Positions 8,317-16,881 of a DNA stretch of 36,167 nt are shown one piece after another (position 1 is the first letter of the stretch; each line of letters starts with the position of its first letter). Source of the DNA: an uncultured Oscillospiraceae bacterium (GTDB lineage Bacteria; Bacillota; Clostridia; Oscillospirales; Oscillospiraceae); assembly GCA_964531435.1 (NCBI GenBank), contig CAZHEG010000001.1:1-36167 (forward strand). The letters are read 5' to 3'. A program made the position numbers and the translations under genes. Below the pieces are notes generated by a model, which worked only from the letters and a program-made list of their open reading frames with translations, was not told the origin of the DNA and made no database searches.

Positions 8317-10131
8317 ATGGAAATTGCAAGCGCGATCATAATGCTTCTGGGTGGTCTTGCCATGTTCCTCTATGGTATTGAGGTCATGGGCGACGGCCTG
8401 AAGAACAGTTCCGGTTCCGCACTGAAGCGGATCCTGGAAAAAGTCACTGGTAATGTGGTCATGGGTGTCCTCACCGGCACATTGGTCACCGCCGTGATCC
8501 AGAGTTCCACTGCAACCATCGTTTTGACCGTTGCCCTCATCGGTGCCGGCGTGCTGAACCTGAAGCAGGCCGTGTCCATCGTCATGGGCGCAAACATCGG
8601 CACCACCGTCACCGCGCAGATCATCCGCCTGGGCTCTATCGAGTCGGACGGCAGCTGGCTGCTTTGGCTGTTTGACACCGATACTCTGGCCCCCGTGGCC
8701 CTGATCATCGGTATCATCCTGCTGATGTTTATTAAGAAAAAGAATTCCAAGGCCATCGGTGATATCTGCATCGGCTTTGGCGTCCTGTTCATCGGCCTGG
8801 ACCTGATGACCTCCGGCGTGAAGCCCCTCATCGGAACCGCCGTCTTTGAGTCCTTCCTGGGGATCTTGACCAATCCTCTCATCGGCATCCTCTTCGGCCT
8901 GATTCTTACCGTCATTGTCCAGAGCTCCTCTGCCACTGTCGGTATGCTCCAGACGGTTGCCCAGTCTGCTGTGGCATCCGGCACCGTTGCCATTACCTTC
9001 TCTATGGCCTATCCCATCATCATGGGCATCAACCTGGGCACCTGTGTCACCACTGCTATGGTCTGCTCCATCGGTTCCTCCAAGGACGCAAAGCGCACCG
9101 GCGTTGTTCATATCGCGTTCAACTCCATTGGTACGATCCTGTTCCTGAGCGTCATGCTTTTGCTGGAGAAATACCAGGTGTTCGGCGCGGAATTCTGGAC
9201 TTCCTCTGTTGACAGCGGCGGAATCGCCAATTTCCAGACGCTGTTCAATCTGATCACTGCCATCGTGCTGATTCCCTTCTCCGGCGCGTTGGTGAAGCTG
9301 GCGACCCTCATCATCAAGGATGAGGACGAGCACGTGCACCGCCATCCCGAGCTGCACACCCTGGATGAGAAGCTGTATATTTCTCCCGCCATGGCCGTGG
9401 CGGAGGCAACCAAGGCAGTTGCTTCCATGGGTGTCATTGCCAAGAATAACTTCGACCGCTGCTGCAACGCACTGCTGACCGGTGACCTTTCCGAATCCCC
9501 CAAGGTCGCATCCGAGGAGGAGTGCCTGGATAATTTTGCCGACACTGCCGACCGCTTCATGATCGGCCTGTCCAAGGTGGTGGAGCTGGAGCAGGATGAC
9601 CGCCAGGTGGACCTGCTGCTGCAGACCGTCCCCAGCTACGAGCGTGTGGGTGACTATGCTACCAATCTTCTGGAGCTTGCAGAGACCCTGAATAAGGAAG
9701 GCGTCAGCTTCTCCAAGTCCGCCAAGGAGGAGCTGAAGCTGGTCTGCAATGCCGTCAGCGAGATTTTGGATATCACAGTCCGTGCCTTTGGGGAAAACGA
9801 CAACGAAGCCGCCAAGGGCATTGAGCCTTTGGAGGAAACCATCGACGATATGGTCATGATTCTCCGTGACCGTCATACCAAGCGCCTGAAGAGCGGCGAT
9901 TGCTCTGTCAGCTCCGGTCTGGTGTTCATGGATGCCCTGACCCACCTGGAACGTGTTTCCGACCATTGCTCCTCTGTGGCTGTCATGATGCTGGCCCGTG
10001 AAAACGACAAGATCCTCCACAACCACTACGAGTACCTCCGGGAGCTTCACGCCGGTACTGACGCCAGCTACCGCATCCAGCGGGAGAAGCGGCATCAGCA
10101 GTATATCGAGCCGCTGAACCATATCCAGTGA
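8317..10131 (+). CDS. Na/Pi cotransporter family protein with C-terminal PhoU-like domains
   Basis: Duplicated QSSTAT/QSSSAT and GANIGTT/GINLGTC motifs, then ERVGDYATN and LERVSDHC PhoU-like repeats; AGGAG RBS before ATG 8317. Confidence 0.93.
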   Translation: MEIASAIIMLLGGLAMFLYGIEVMGDGLKNSSGSALKRILEKVTGNVVMGVLTGTLVTAVIQSSTATIVLTVALIGAGVLNLKQAVSIVMGANIGTTVTAQIIRLGSIESDGSWLLWLFDTDTLAPVALIIGIILLMFIKKKNSKAIGDICIGFGVLFIGLDLMTSGVKPLIGTAVFESFLGILTNPLIGILFGLILTVIVQSSSATVGMLQTVAQSAVASGTVAITFSMAYPIIMGINLGTCVTTAMVCSIGSSKDAKRTGVVHIAFNSIGTILFLSVMLLLEKYQVFGAEFWTSSVDSGGIANFQTLFNLITAIVLIPFSGALVKLATLIIKDEDEHVHRHPELHTLDEKLYISPAMAVAEATKAVASMGVIAKNNFDRCCNALLTGDLSESPKVASEEECLDNFADTADRFMIGLSKVVELEQDDRQVDLLLQTVPSYERVGDYATNLLELAETLNKEGVSFSKSAKEELKLVCNAVSEILDITVRAFGENDNEAAKGIEPLEETIDDMVMILRDRHTKRLKSGDCSVSSGLVFMDALTHLERVSDHCSSVAVMMLARENDKILHNHYEYLRELHAGTDASYRIQREKRHQQYIEPLNHIQ

Positions 10132-10144
10132 TCCATGCATTTTT

Positions 10145-10174
10145 AAAGGGCGCCCCGTGTGGGGCGCCCTTTTT
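10145..10174. terminator. Terminator hairpin between convergent Na/Pi and GS genes
   Basis: AAAGGGCGCCCC-GTGT-GGGGCGCCCTTT, T5 on the plus strand. Confidence 0.8.
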
Positions 10175-10178
10175 GCGC

Positions 10179-12260
10179 TCAGTAGTACAGAATATCCGAG
10201 TAGCAGGGGTAAGGCCAGCAGCTCTGTGCGGTCAGGTATTCCAGCATATCCGCGTCCTTGCGCATGGATTTCATCTGGGGCACGATCACATCCGCGTAAT
10301 ACTGCGCCGCGGCGAGATTTCCCTCAGGCACCGTTTTTAGGTCCGCGGAAAGCTTCACACACTTTTCATACAGGCTGTTACACCGGGTGGAGATCTTCTT
10401 TACCAGGATTTTCTCAGCGCCGGGGTCAATGCCCGCTAGCTGCTGCTTGCGCAGAATGGATTCGGCAAGCTCGGAGCTGTACCGCATCCCGGCGGGCAGA
10501 ATCTGCTGCATCGCCATGTCGATCATGGTCTTTGCCTCAATGCGGATCAGCTTGGAGTAGCTGTCCAGGTGGATCTCGTAGCGGGCCCGGTGCTCTGCTT
10601 CGGTGAAAATGCCGTGGCGGGTCATCAGGTCGATATTTTTCTGGTCCACATACCGGGCCATGGCGGAGGGGGTGTCAGGCAGATTGCTCAGCCCCCGCCT
10701 TGCGGCTTCTTCCTTCCATTCCCGGGAGTAACCGTTTCCGTTGAAAATGATCCGCTGGTGAGCGGTCAACGTGTCACAGACCAGCTTCTGCAGGGCGATG
10801 TCTTTGTCCCCGGCGGCTTCCAGAATGTCAGCAAACCGACCGAGCTCCTCTGCCATAATGGTGTTCAGGGCAATGTTGGGGCCGGCAATGGACTGGGAGG
10901 AGCCCAGCATACGGAATTCAAACTTGTTGCCGGTGAAGGCGACAGGGGAGGTGCGGTTCCGGTCGGCGGTGTCCCGGGGGATGGCAGGCATGGAGTCCAC
11001 GCCGATGTGCATCACACTCTTCTTCGGATCCTCGTAGTCCGTCCCCTTGATGATGGAGTCCACGATGGCTGTCAGCTCTTCGCCCAGGAAGATGGAGATG
11101 ATGGCCGGGGGCGCTTCATGTCCGCCCAAACGGCAGTCGTTTCCGGCGTAGGCCACGGTGCACCGCAGAAAATCCTGATATTCGTCCACACCCGCGATAA
11201 AGGCGGCGAGGAACACCAGAAACTGTGCGTTGTGGCTGGGGGTATTGCCCGGACTGAAAAGGTTCCGCCCCATGTCGGTGCACAGCGACCAGTTGTTGTG
11301 CTTGCCGGAGCCGTTGACCCCGTCGAAGGGCTTTTCGTGGAGCAGGCAGACCAGGTCATGCTTTGCCGCGCATTTTTTCATGATCTCCATGATCAGCTGA
11401 TTGGAGTCGCAGGCATGCCCGGCACCGGAGTACACGGGAGCCAGCTCATGCTGGCAGGGCGCACCCTCGTTGTGCTTTGTTTTGCTCAAAACGCCCAGCC
11501 GCCAAAGCTGATCATCCAGGTCCTTCATAAAGGTGGAGACCCGGGTGCGGATCGTTCCGAAATAGTGGTCACCCAGCTCCTGTCCCTTGGGCGGCACCGC
11601 GCCGTACAGGGTCCGCCCGGTCAGCCGGAGATCCTCCCGCTGGGCGTAGATGGATTTGGGGATCAGAAAATATTCCTGCTCAGCGCCTACGGAAACCTTC
11701 ACCCGCTGGGTCTCATTGTCACCCAGCAGCCGCAGCACCCGCAGCGCCTCCCGGCTCACCTCATCCAGGGAGCGGAGCAGGGGCGTTTTCTTGTCCAGAG
11801 CTTCTCCCGTGTAGGAGAAGAAGCAGGTGGGGATGTACAGGCTGCCATCCTTTACAAATGCAAACGCGCTGGGATCCCAGGCGGTATAGCCCCGGGCTTC
11901 AAAGGTCGCCCGCAGGCCGCCGGAGGGAAAGCTGGAGGCGTCAGGCTCACCCTTGACCAGCTCCCGGCCGGAAAACTCCATGATCACCCTGCCGTCGCCG
12001 GTGGGGCTGATAAAGGAGTCGTGCTTCTCTGCGGTGATGCCGGTCATGGGCTGGAACCAGTGGGTATAGTGGGTCGCGCCCTTGCCGATGGCCCAGTTTT
12101 TCATCGCCTCGGCGATCTCGTTTGCCGCGTCCAGGGGCAGGGGAGCGCCGCTTTCGATGCAGGCCTTCCAGGCGGAATAAACCTGGGGCGCAAGCTGCTG
12201 CTGCATGGTGGCTTCGTTGAATACGTCGCAGCCAAAAATCTCGGGAATGGTGGGATTCAT
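10179..12260 (-). CDS. glnA: Glutamine synthetase type III
   Basis: GATHYTHWFQP, GEPDASSFPSGGLRATFEARGYTAWD, EQEYF, HEKPF.G.NGSGKH, DRNRTSP.AFTGNKFEFR; about 693 aa from ATG 12260. Confidence 0.95.
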   Translation of the reverse strand: MNPTIPEIFGCDVFNEATMQQQLAPQVYSAWKACIESGAPLPLDAANEIAEAMKNWAIGKGATHYTHWFQPMTGITAEKHDSFISPTGDGRVIMEFSGRELVKGEPDASSFPSGGLRATFEARGYTAWDPSAFAFVKDGSLYIPTCFFSYTGEALDKKTPLLRSLDEVSREALRVLRLLGDNETQRVKVSVGAEQEYFLIPKSIYAQREDLRLTGRTLYGAVPPKGQELGDHYFGTIRTRVSTFMKDLDDQLWRLGVLSKTKHNEGAPCQHELAPVYSGAGHACDSNQLIMEIMKKCAAKHDLVCLLHEKPFDGVNGSGKHNNWSLCTDMGRNLFSPGNTPSHNAQFLVFLAAFIAGVDEYQDFLRCTVAYAGNDCRLGGHEAPPAIISIFLGEELTAIVDSIIKGTDYEDPKKSVMHIGVDSMPAIPRDTADRNRTSPVAFTGNKFEFRMLGSSQSIAGPNIALNTIMAEELGRFADILEAAGDKDIALQKLVCDTLTAHQRIIFNGNGYSREWKEEAARRGLSNLPDTPSAMARYVDQKNIDLMTRHGIFTEAEHRARYEIHLDSYSKLIRIEAKTMIDMAMQQILPAGMRYSSELAESILRKQQLAGIDPGAEKILVKKISTRCNSLYEKCVKLSADLKTVPEGNLAAAQYYADVIVPQMKSMRKDADMLEYLTAQSCWPYPCYSDILYY

Positions 12261-12400
12261 GGTATCTCGTCCTTTCCTTCGGTGGATGAAATAAGCGGCT
12301 GATCCGCCTTCTTTATATGAAAATAGTATGTCAAAGCAGGGCAAAATGCAAGTGATAATTTGCGCATGTTCCAAAAATTGGGGATACCGTCACCTTTTTA

Positions 12401-12429
12401 TTGCTTTTTTACCGCCGGTATCATATAAT
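12401..12429 (+). promoter_or_regulatory. sigma-A-type promoter for aminotransferase-LUD genes
   Basis: TTGCTT (12401-12406), 17 nt, TATAAT (12424-12429). Confidence 0.65.
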
Positions 12430-12472
12430 ATGCGGTAAATAGACGACATTTCCCTGAAAGGATGGATCACAT

Positions 12473-13759
12473 ATGGCAACATACGGATGCCGAAGCAGAG
12501 AAGAGCTGCGCATGGAGGCAAAGAAGCTTCTCAGCCGCTACGAGAATCTGAAGCATGAGAACCTGAAGCTGGATATGTCCCGCGGCAAGCCCAGCAAGCT
12601 GCAGCTGGACCTGGTCAGTGACCTGCTGACCGTTCTGACGGACCCGGCGGAATGCATCATCGACGGAGAGGACTGCCGCAACTACGGCAATCTGGCCGGT
12701 CTGCGCTGCGCCCGGGAGTACTGGGCGGATATGCTGGGCTGCAAGCCGGAGCAGACCTTTGTCGGCGGCAACGCAAGTCTGCACCTGATGCACAATCTCA
12801 TTGGCTGGGGTTATTCCCACGGCCTGCTGGACAGCCCCCGGCCCTGGAGCAAGGAGAAGAATATCAAGTTCCTTTGCCCCTCTCCCGGCTATGACCGTCA
12901 TTTCCGCATTACGGAAAGCTTCGGCTTTGAGCTGATCACCGTTCCCATGACTCCCTACGGCCCCGATATGGACACTGTGGAGGAGCTGGTCCAGAACCCC
13001 GAGGTGAAGGGCATCTGGTGCGTTCCAAAGTTCTCCAATCCCCAGGGCTACACCTATTCCGACGAGACCATCCAGCGCTTCGCCAACCTGAAGCCTGCGG
13101 CTCCTGATTTTGTGATCTGCTGGGATAATGCTTACTGTGTCCACGAGTTTGAGGGGGAATTCCAGCCCTTCCCGGATATCATCTCCCTGTGTGAGCAGGC
13201 GGGCCGCCCCAATATGGTCTATGAGTTTGCTTCCACATCCAAGATCACATTCCCCGGCGCGGGTATTTCCGTCATGGCCTCCTCCGAGGCAAACATCGCC
13301 TATATGACCAAGCTGATTTCCGCTCAGACCATTTCCTATGACAAGATCAACCAGCTGCGCCATGTGAAGTACCTGAAAAACCGGGAGCATACCATCGAGC
13401 TGATGAAGCGCCACGGTGAGATCATGGCCCCCAAGTTCCACATGGTGCTGCATATGCTCCGCGCGGAGCTGACCAACAAGGGCATTGCCCACTGGCACCA
13501 TCCCAGCGGCGGCTATTTCGTCTGCGTGGCTGCCATGCCCGGCACTGCCCGCCGTACCCTGGAGCTGTGCAGCGCTGCCGGTGTCAAGCTGACGGAGGCC
13601 GGTGCCACCTATCCCTACGGCGTGGATCCCCTGGATTCCTACATCCGCATCGCCCCCAGCCTGCCCCCCATTGAGGAGCTGGAGAAGGCCATGCAGGTTT
13701 TCTGCACCAGCCTGCGGCTGGCAGCCCTGGAAAAATTCCTGGGCATGACCCTGCTCTGA
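12473..13759 (+). CDS. PLP-dependent class I/II aminotransferase, PF12897 (Rv3722c/AspT-like aspartate aminotransferase) type
   Basis: LKLDMSRGKPS, PGYDRHF, WCVPKFSNP.G, WDNAY, FASTSKITFPGAG (PLP Lys), IRIAPS. Confidence 0.85.
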   Translation: MATYGCRSREELRMEAKKLLSRYENLKHENLKLDMSRGKPSKLQLDLVSDLLTVLTDPAECIIDGEDCRNYGNLAGLRCAREYWADMLGCKPEQTFVGGNASLHLMHNLIGWGYSHGLLDSPRPWSKEKNIKFLCPSPGYDRHFRITESFGFELITVPMTPYGPDMDTVEELVQNPEVKGIWCVPKFSNPQGYTYSDETIQRFANLKPAAPDFVICWDNAYCVHEFEGEFQPFPDIISLCEQAGRPNMVYEFASTSKITFPGAGISVMASSEANIAYMTKLISAQTISYDKINQLRHVKYLKNREHTIELMKRHGEIMAPKFHMVLHMLRAELTNKGIAHWHHPSGGYFVCVAAMPGTARRTLELCSAAGVKLTEAGATYPYGVDPLDSYIRIAPSLPPIEELEKAMQVFCTSLRLAALEKFLGMTLL

Positions 13760-13780
13760 TACCGGAAAGGAGAAAATGAT

Positions 13781-14422
13781 ATGACCGATGCCCAAAAGCT
13801 GTGCTATGAAAAAAGAGGCCATGTTCTGGTGAAGAACCTGAAGTCCCGCCACTTTGATGCCTATTACTGCGCCACCCGGGAGGAGGCTCTGGCCCAGGCC
13901 CTTGCCCTGATCCCGGAGGGCAGTGTGGTGGGCTGGGGCGGTGCCCTGTCCGCCCAGCAGATCGGCCTGATGGACGCGGTGAATGCCGGACCCTATACCG
14001 CCATCGACCGGGATAAGCTTTCTACCCGGGAGGAGAAGGAAGCCGCTGCCCGGCAGTGCCTCAGCGCCGATGTGTTCCTGACCGGTGCCAACGGCCTGAG
14101 CCTGGACGGTCAGATGGTGAACATCGACGGCACCGGCAACCGGGTCGCCGCCACCATTTTCGGACCGGAAACGGTGCTGGTCATTGCGGGCATGAATAAG
14201 GTCGCCGATACCCTGGAGGGTGCCATCACCCGGGCCCGGACGGTCGCGTCCCCCATGAACTGCCAGCGCTTTGCCGGAAAGAGCACTCCCTGTGCGGCCA
14301 CCGGCTCCTGCGGCGACTGCAAGAGTGAGGACTGCATCTGCAACCAGATCGTCATTACCCGCCATTGCCGCCCCGCCGGCAGAATCAAGTTCATCCTCGT
14401 GGGCGAGGATCTTGGGTTTTGA
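13781..14422 (+). CDS. LUD domain (LutC/YkgG-like lactate utilization) protein
   Basis: VGWGG, ADVFLTGANG, VNIDGTGNRVAA, GMNK; C-terminal PC...G.C.DC.S.DCIC; AAGGAG RBS. Confidence 0.85.
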   Translation: MTDAQKLCYEKRGHVLVKNLKSRHFDAYYCATREEALAQALALIPEGSVVGWGGALSAQQIGLMDAVNAGPYTAIDRDKLSTREEKEAAARQCLSADVFLTGANGLSLDGQMVNIDGTGNRVAATIFGPETVLVIAGMNKVADTLEGAITRARTVASPMNCQRFAGKSTPCAATGSCGDCKSEDCICNQIVITRHCRPAGRIKFILVGEDLGF

Positions 14423-14429
14423 ATCGTAA

Positions 14430-14462
14430 CGGCCTGCCGGAGTTTCCGGCAGGCCGATTTTT
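14430..14462. terminator. Terminator hairpin between convergent LUD and ldhA genes
   Basis: CGGCCTGCCGGA-GTT-TCCGGCAGGCCG then ATTTTT. Confidence 0.75.
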
Positions 14463-15496
14463 CAGAAGCACTTTTCATTTCTCTGCTTTTGGCAGTCATT
14501 CTTATTTTCGCAGTGGTAGCAAACCTCGGTGGCGGGGTTGTTTTCGCCCCGGAAGAAACGGAGAATATTGTCCACCGTGGTGGCGGCGATGTTTTCCAGC
14601 GCCTCCCGGGTCAGGAAAGCCTGGTGAGAGGTGATGATGACATTGGGCATGCCAATGAGCCGGACCAGACGGTCATCCTGAACGATGCTGGCGGAATTGT
14701 CCTCGTAGAACACCTCACCCTCCTCCTCGTAAACGTCCAGGCAGGCGGCGCCGATGCGGCCGGACTTCAGTCCGTCGATCAGTGCCTCCGTGTCGATCAG
14801 CGCGCCGCGGGAGGTGTTGACGATCACGGCACCGGGCTTCATCATCTTGATGGCCATGCCGTTGATCATGTGGTAGGTCTCATAGGTCAGGGGGCAGTGC
14901 AGGGAAATGATATCCGAGGAAGCCAGCAGCTCCGGCAGATCCACATAGGTAAGGCCGCTGTCTGCCGCCGGGAACTTGTCGTAGGCCAGAACGTTCATGC
15001 CGAAGCCCTTGCAGATGTCGCAGAAGATCCGTCCGATCTTGCCGGTGCCGATCACGCCAACGGTCTTGCCGTGGAGGTCAAAGCCGGAAAGTCCCGCCAG
15101 GGAGAAATTGAATTCCCGGGTGCGGTTGTAGGCCTTGTGGATCTTCCGGTTCACAGCCAGCAGCAGTGCCATGCCGTGCTCCGCCACAGCGTAGGGGGAG
15201 TAGGCGGGAACGCGGAACACGTGGATCTTGCCGTAGCAGGCCCGGGTGTCCACATTGTTGAAGCCTGCGCAGCGCAGGGCGATCATTTTCACGCCCAGCT
15301 CATGGAGCTTGTTGACAACGGTCTCGTTCAGGGTATCATTAACGAATACACACACCGCGTCAAAGCCTGCCGCCAGGGAAACGGTGTCCTCATTCAGGTG
15401 GGTCTCGTAGAATTTGATCTCAATGCCGGTGCCCTGGGCGTAGCGCTCAAAGCCGGGAATATCGTAGGATTTGGTATCAAAAAATGCAACTTTCAT
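14462..15496 (-). CDS. ldhA: D-lactate dehydrogenase-like D-2-hydroxyacid dehydrogenase
   Basis: LRCAGFNNVD, RVPAYSPYAVAEH, GVIGTGKIG, SLHCPLT, NTSRG, LDVYEEE, TSHQAF; start ATG 15496 behind GAAGGAG. Confidence 0.88.
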   Translation of the reverse strand: MKVAFFDTKSYDIPGFERYAQGTGIEIKFYETHLNEDTVSLAAGFDAVCVFVNDTLNETVVNKLHELGVKMIALRCAGFNNVDTRACYGKIHVFRVPAYSPYAVAEHGMALLLAVNRKIHKAYNRTREFNFSLAGLSGFDLHGKTVGVIGTGKIGRIFCDICKGFGMNVLAYDKFPAADSGLTYVDLPELLASSDIISLHCPLTYETYHMINGMAIKMMKPGAVIVNTSRGALIDTEALIDGLKSGRIGAACLDVYEEEGEVFYEDNSASIVQDDRLVRLIGMPNVIITSHQAFLTREALENIAATTVDNILRFFRGENNPATEVCYHCENKNDCQKQRNEKCF

Positions 15497-15530
15497 TTGG
15501 TAACTCCTTCCGTAACTTTCTATCGATAAT

Positions 15531-15559
15531 ATTATACTGAATGTGACACGGAATATCAA
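15531..15559 (-). promoter_or_regulatory. sigma-A-type promoter for ldhA
   Basis: Minus strand TTGATA (15559-15554), 17 nt, TATAAT (15536-15531). Confidence 0.7.
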
Positions 15560-15582
15560 TTGGCAATTGCTACAAAATAATC

Positions 15583-15611
15583 TTGAATCTATCTTACCCT
15601 GATGGTATACT
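15583..15611 (+). promoter_or_regulatory. sigma-A-type promoter for the GtrA gene
   Basis: TTGAAT (15583-15588), 17 nt, TATACT (15606-15611) with TG extension. Confidence 0.7.
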
Positions 15612-15634
15612 GTTACAAACGGAGTGTGATTTCA

Positions 15635-16051
15635 ATGATCAAAAAAATTCAGGCCCTGATTCGTAAATATTATGATGTCCTGGCCTATCTCTTTTTCGGT
15701 GTCCTCACCACGGCGGTGAATTACCTTGTTTACCTGCCTTGCTACAATCTGCTGGGGCTCAGTGCTTCTTTCAGCAATGTGATCGCCTGGGTGGCGGCGG
15801 TGGCCTTTGCCTACCTGACCAACAAGCCCTTTGTGTTTAAAAGCCACGACTGGTCCTGGAGGACGGTGGGGCCGGAGCTTGCCAGGTTTGTCGGCTGCCG
15901 TGTGGGTTCCGGCGCGCTGGAAACGGCTTTTATTTTCCTGACGGTGGATGTTCTTTCCCTCAACGGAAATATCATGAAGCTCATCACCAGTGTCCTGGTG
16001 GTCATTCTCAATTATGTGGGCAGCAAGCTTCTGGTATTTCGGAAAAAGTAA
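15635..16051 (+). CDS. GtrA family membrane protein (lipid-linked sugar translocase-like)
   Basis: YLFFGVLTTAVN, NVIAW...FAYLTNKPFVF, VVILNY..SKLLVF; four TM; GGAG RBS before ATG 15635. Confidence 0.9.
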   Translation: MIKKIQALIRKYYDVLAYLFFGVLTTAVNYLVYLPCYNLLGLSASFSNVIAWVAAVAFAYLTNKPFVFKSHDWSWRTVGPELARFVGCRVGSGALETAFIFLTVDVLSLNGNIMKLITSVLVVILNYVGSKLLVFRKK

Positions 16052-16058
16052 ATCAAAC

Positions 16059-16083
16059 GGGCCGCTTCCGCGGCCCAATTTTT
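16059..16083 (+). terminator. Probable intrinsic terminator after GtrA
   Basis: GGGCCGC-TTCC-GCGGCCC then AATTTTT. Confidence 0.6.
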
Positions 16084-16116
16084 ATACAAAACATAACCGA
16101 TTTTTCATAAAAAGTT

Positions 16117-16145
16117 TCGACTTTTTCAAATACTTATGCTACAAT
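16117..16145 (+). promoter_or_regulatory. sigma-A-type promoter for the ABC pair
   Basis: TCGACT (16117-16122), 17 nt, TACAAT (16140-16145) with TG extension. Confidence 0.55.
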
Positions 16146-16179
16146 ATAATAGAAATTATGCACATTCGGAGGAATTATC

Positions 16180-16881
16180 ATGGCTTTTGTAGAATTTGAT
16201 AATGTGGGTAAGACTTACACCACAGGCGAGGTGCGGATCAACGCCCTCCACGATGCTTCCTTTACCGTGGAAAAAGGGGAGCTTGTGGTCATTGTAGGTC
16301 CCTCCGGTGCGGGCAAGACCACTCTTTTGAATATCCTGGGCGGAATGGATACCCTGTCCACAGGCCGTGTCACCCTGGACGGCCGGGAGATCTCCGGCCT
16401 GAACCGGCGCCAGCTGACGGACTACCGCCGTCAGGACGTGGGCTTCGTGTTCCAGTTCTATAACCTGATCGGCAATCTGACCGCCCTTGAAAATGTGGAG
16501 CTTGCCAATCAGATCTGCAAGAACCCTCTGGATGCCGAAACAGTGCTGCGCAGCGTGGGTCTGGGGGACCGGATGAAAAATTTCCCCAGCCAGCTTTCCG
16601 GCGGCGAGCAGCAGCGGGTTGCCATCGCCCGGGCCCTGGCGAAGAATCCGAAGCTTCTTCTGTGCGATGAACCCACCGGCGCGTTGGACTATCAGACCGG
16701 CAAGGCCATTTTGAAAATGCTGCAGGATACCTGCCGCGCCACCGGCATGACGGTCATCATCATCACCCACAATTCCGCCCTGACCGCCATGGCCGACCGG
16801 GTCATCAAGGTCCGCAGCGGAACGGTCGTTTCCCAGAAAAAACAGGATGCTCCTGTGGACATTTCGGAGATCGAATGGTAA
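16180..16881 (+). CDS. ABC transporter ATP-binding protein (LolD/MacB/SalX-like)
   Basis: Walker [49 protein letters not shown]. Confidence 0.95.
   Translation: MAFVEFDNVGKTYTTGEVRINALHDASFTVEKGELVVIVGPSGAGKTTLLNILGGMDTLSTGRVTLDGREISGLNRRQLTDYRRQDVGFVFQFYNLIGNLTALENVELANQICKNPLDAETVLRSVGLGDRMKNFPSQLSGGEQQRVAIARALAKNPKLLLCDEPTGALDYQTGKAILKMLQDTCRATGMTVIIITHNSALTAMADRVIKVRSGTVVSQKKQDAPVDISEIEW

Noticed and set aside
12261..12374. Riboswitch/ANTAR element or longer N-terminus for glnA
   Set aside because: Only a 4-bp stem (GCGG/CCGC) and no leader terminator; the ORF-track extension to 12374 lies upstream of a good RBS and ATG at 12260
8242..14365. Long ORFs 8242-10140 (-), 10569-12302 (+) and 12467-14365 (-)
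   Set aside because: Each mirrors a well-supported gene on the opposite strand and lacks family motifs
712..14456. REP-like family among CCGG/CCCGGG-rich hairpins (712, 6184, 8160, 14430)
   Set aside because: Shared sequence is only a short GC core; each hairpin sits just after a stop codon as expected for terminators; no transposase nearby
15541..15560. Rex operator upstream of ldhA
   Set aside because: Only one TGTGA half-site; the rest does not fit the TTGTGAA-N4-TTCACAA palindrome and is explained by the -35 element
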